Shown here in pieces: positions 62,115 through 64,000 of a stretch of DNA of 64,000 nt. A model generated the notes under the pieces. It saw nothing but the letters and a program-made list of their open reading frames with translations. It made no database searches and had not been told where the DNA came from. The stretch covers positions 94,116,001 through 94,180,000 of the forward strand of contig NW_026262690.1 in NCBI RefSeq assembly GCF_021869535.1. The letters are read 5' to 3'. The first letter of the stretch is position 1, and each line of letters opens with the position of its first letter. This stretch comes from Mytilus californianus. Taxonomy: Eukaryota. The position numbers were made by a program, and so were the translations under genes.

Positions 62115-62440
62115 TGGATGGATGGAAAAATGTCCAGTGGCAAACAATACATGCATATCAGAACGAGAAAATGTTAATACGATATGGTGAATTCTGTTTT
62201 TGTATTAGACCGACATGCCGCGTCTGATATTCATTGTGCTAGTTCACAGGGTACCAGTCCGCAGGAAGACTTATCAACCTACTCTGATACATTATTATGA
62301 CTCCGAGGAGACTAGTCTGTTTGTTCTTGCTCAGCCTTCATGCTGCCTGCTTAGAGGAAATGCAGAGAATTCGAAACCACAACCTCCCGCACTGGTAAGG
62401 CGGCTCGACATGCTTCCACGATACCAACGATGTCGGCGGT
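62115..62440 (-). mobile_element. tRNA-derived SINE (MetaSINE-like), decayed
   Basis: Minus-strand head has TGGTATCGTGG (A box) and GGTTTCGAATTC (B box-like). The tail TGTCCAGTGGCAAA...CATGCATATCAGAACGAG also occurs at 32858-32898. Confidence 0.6.
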
Positions 62441-63687
62441 CGATGCACTTTGCAGATAGCCTAATATCTCGAATTATGTCTTTTATAGGAATGTAGAGGC
62501 ATGGAGTGTGTAGAAAAAAAAAACGTTTTAACAAAAAAACTCGCAGCTGAAAGTTTAATACAAAATAGTAGATTTTTAAAGGCACTTGCATTTTTGATTT
62601 ATGCTAACGATTTTGGCCCAGTAAATAGTCTTGTCTCCGTCTTTGAAAGAGAGTTGGTGTACGTGTCTATGTGTGTTTAGGAGGTCATTACCGAATTCAG
62701 TCTATAACTTAATTTCTGTGTAAATGTAAAAAATGATAATTAAGACAAAGAATGATATATAAGTTTAAAGATAACTACCAGAATTGTGCCATAACACTGA
62801 TTTGAGTTAAATAAGATCTCTGGATATTTTATCTTTGGTACTGAGAAACATTTTCTTTTTCATCAGTACCGGCAGAGACATATACTATTGTATTATATGT
62901 CTATGGTACCGGCTAGTTTAATACTTTTTGTGACAATCGCTATATCATGGACGCATCTATACCAAAGTAATCGATATATATCACTAAATTAAAACTGGTA
63001 AAAGAAGCATCTTATATTTAGAATGATTTTGCACTTGTTCGTGCCGACAAAAAAAGCTTTGTTTTAAGTCTATACCAAAAATCTATATTTCCAATTTTAC
63101 TGGTGTTACCAGGTTTGCCCCTTCAAAAAAGCTTCATATGATAATTGTTAGATCAGGAGAAAGAAGGGTGCATTAAGTGATTTTTTTTTCCAAATTTGTA
63201 ATAGACGGGTGTCTTTTTGAATCCACTACATTCATAGTGAATATGGTTGTAATTCGACGAGGAATAAAGCACGGAATGTAATAACTGAATAGATCTGGAT
63301 ATACATGCAGATAGTTCGACCAGTGGCGTCACTGGAGTAGACTGAAAAGGCTATACATGTCAGGGGAGGGGCCATTGCGCACCGTTTTGAAAGTGAAAAG
63401 CAAAAACAAAACATTTCTAGTCTAATAGTCTAGAAGTTGCCGGGAAAGAGTACTCTTTCATTTTCTTTTTTTTTAATTCCCATTATAGTTTTACCCTAAA
63501 AGTGTCACGGTGCAGAGGCCGCGGATTTAGGGTGGGGGGATCATGGCCCGGCCCCCTTATCATTGGAACTACATTTTAAAAAAATAACGGATTTTGGAAA
63601 AAAAGGATGAGGGCTGAAAAAATTGTTCTGTCCCGAGTACCTCCTGAGAGTACCTCAATATCAGTGGAAAAGTCAAAGTGCATGGAC

Positions 63688-63730
63688 TCAAGGATTTGTA
63701 TAGTAAGTCTTACTATACAAAAATCCTTGA
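63688..63730. repeat. 43-bp near-perfect palindrome
   Basis: TCAAGGATTT-GTATAGTAAG-T-CTTACTATAC-AA-AAATCCTTGA. Confidence 0.8.
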
Positions 63731-64000
63731 TGGGCTGTATAAATTTATGTGACTGTCATTTGCAGACACTGACCGTTTGAGGCCATTAAGACACGCCTAT
63801 CGCTAGCCTAATACTACTTTTTGAAATTCGAAAAGAAATATACACATTTACGCAACGCGGCGACCGACATCAACTTATTTCTAACTAATTCATAATATTG
63901 AAAAACGCGCACTTTTCATTCAAGGGAACTAACTCTAAAATAACAATCGAAACTCCTCTGACACTTTCCTTGACCATTCAGAAAGCTTGATGTTGCTAGC

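Noticed and set aside
62835-62875. Hammerhead on the minus strand (CTGATGA...GAAA...TC)
   Set aside because: CTGA is sequestered in an 8-bp hairpin GGTACTGA/TCAGTACC, and there is no helix II or III.

Overview
AT-rich, intron-containing eukaryotic DNA. The repeat landscape (Penelope-like RT relics, tRNA-derived SINEs, Helentron-type elements with satellite cores) points to a bivalve mollusc, probably a mussel; this is inferred from recalled repeat families, not from a search. 1) About 2.6-22.7 kb: a tandem array of five RING-less TRIM-like genes (B-box/B-box/coiled-coil/beta-propeller). All five are disrupted as assembled, each in a different way. 2) About 23-35 kb: mostly transposon relics and AT-rich non-coding DNA. 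3) 35443-43819 (minus strand): a complete 7-exon Rab15-like GTPase (212 aa, C-terminal CC). Its exon-5 3' end plus splice donor is tandemly amplified to six copies. 4) A 400-N assembly gap at 44376-44775. 5) 47-61 kb: three single-coding-exon, basic, low-complexity proteins of unknown function. The first two are unexpectedly diverged paralogues sharing three motifs I do not recognise. Three copies of a minimal hammerhead-ribozyme-like motif are present, one with an intact catalytic core. No rRNA, bona fide tRNA or CRISPR array was seen. Transposon boundaries are approximate unless a TSD/TIR is quoted.
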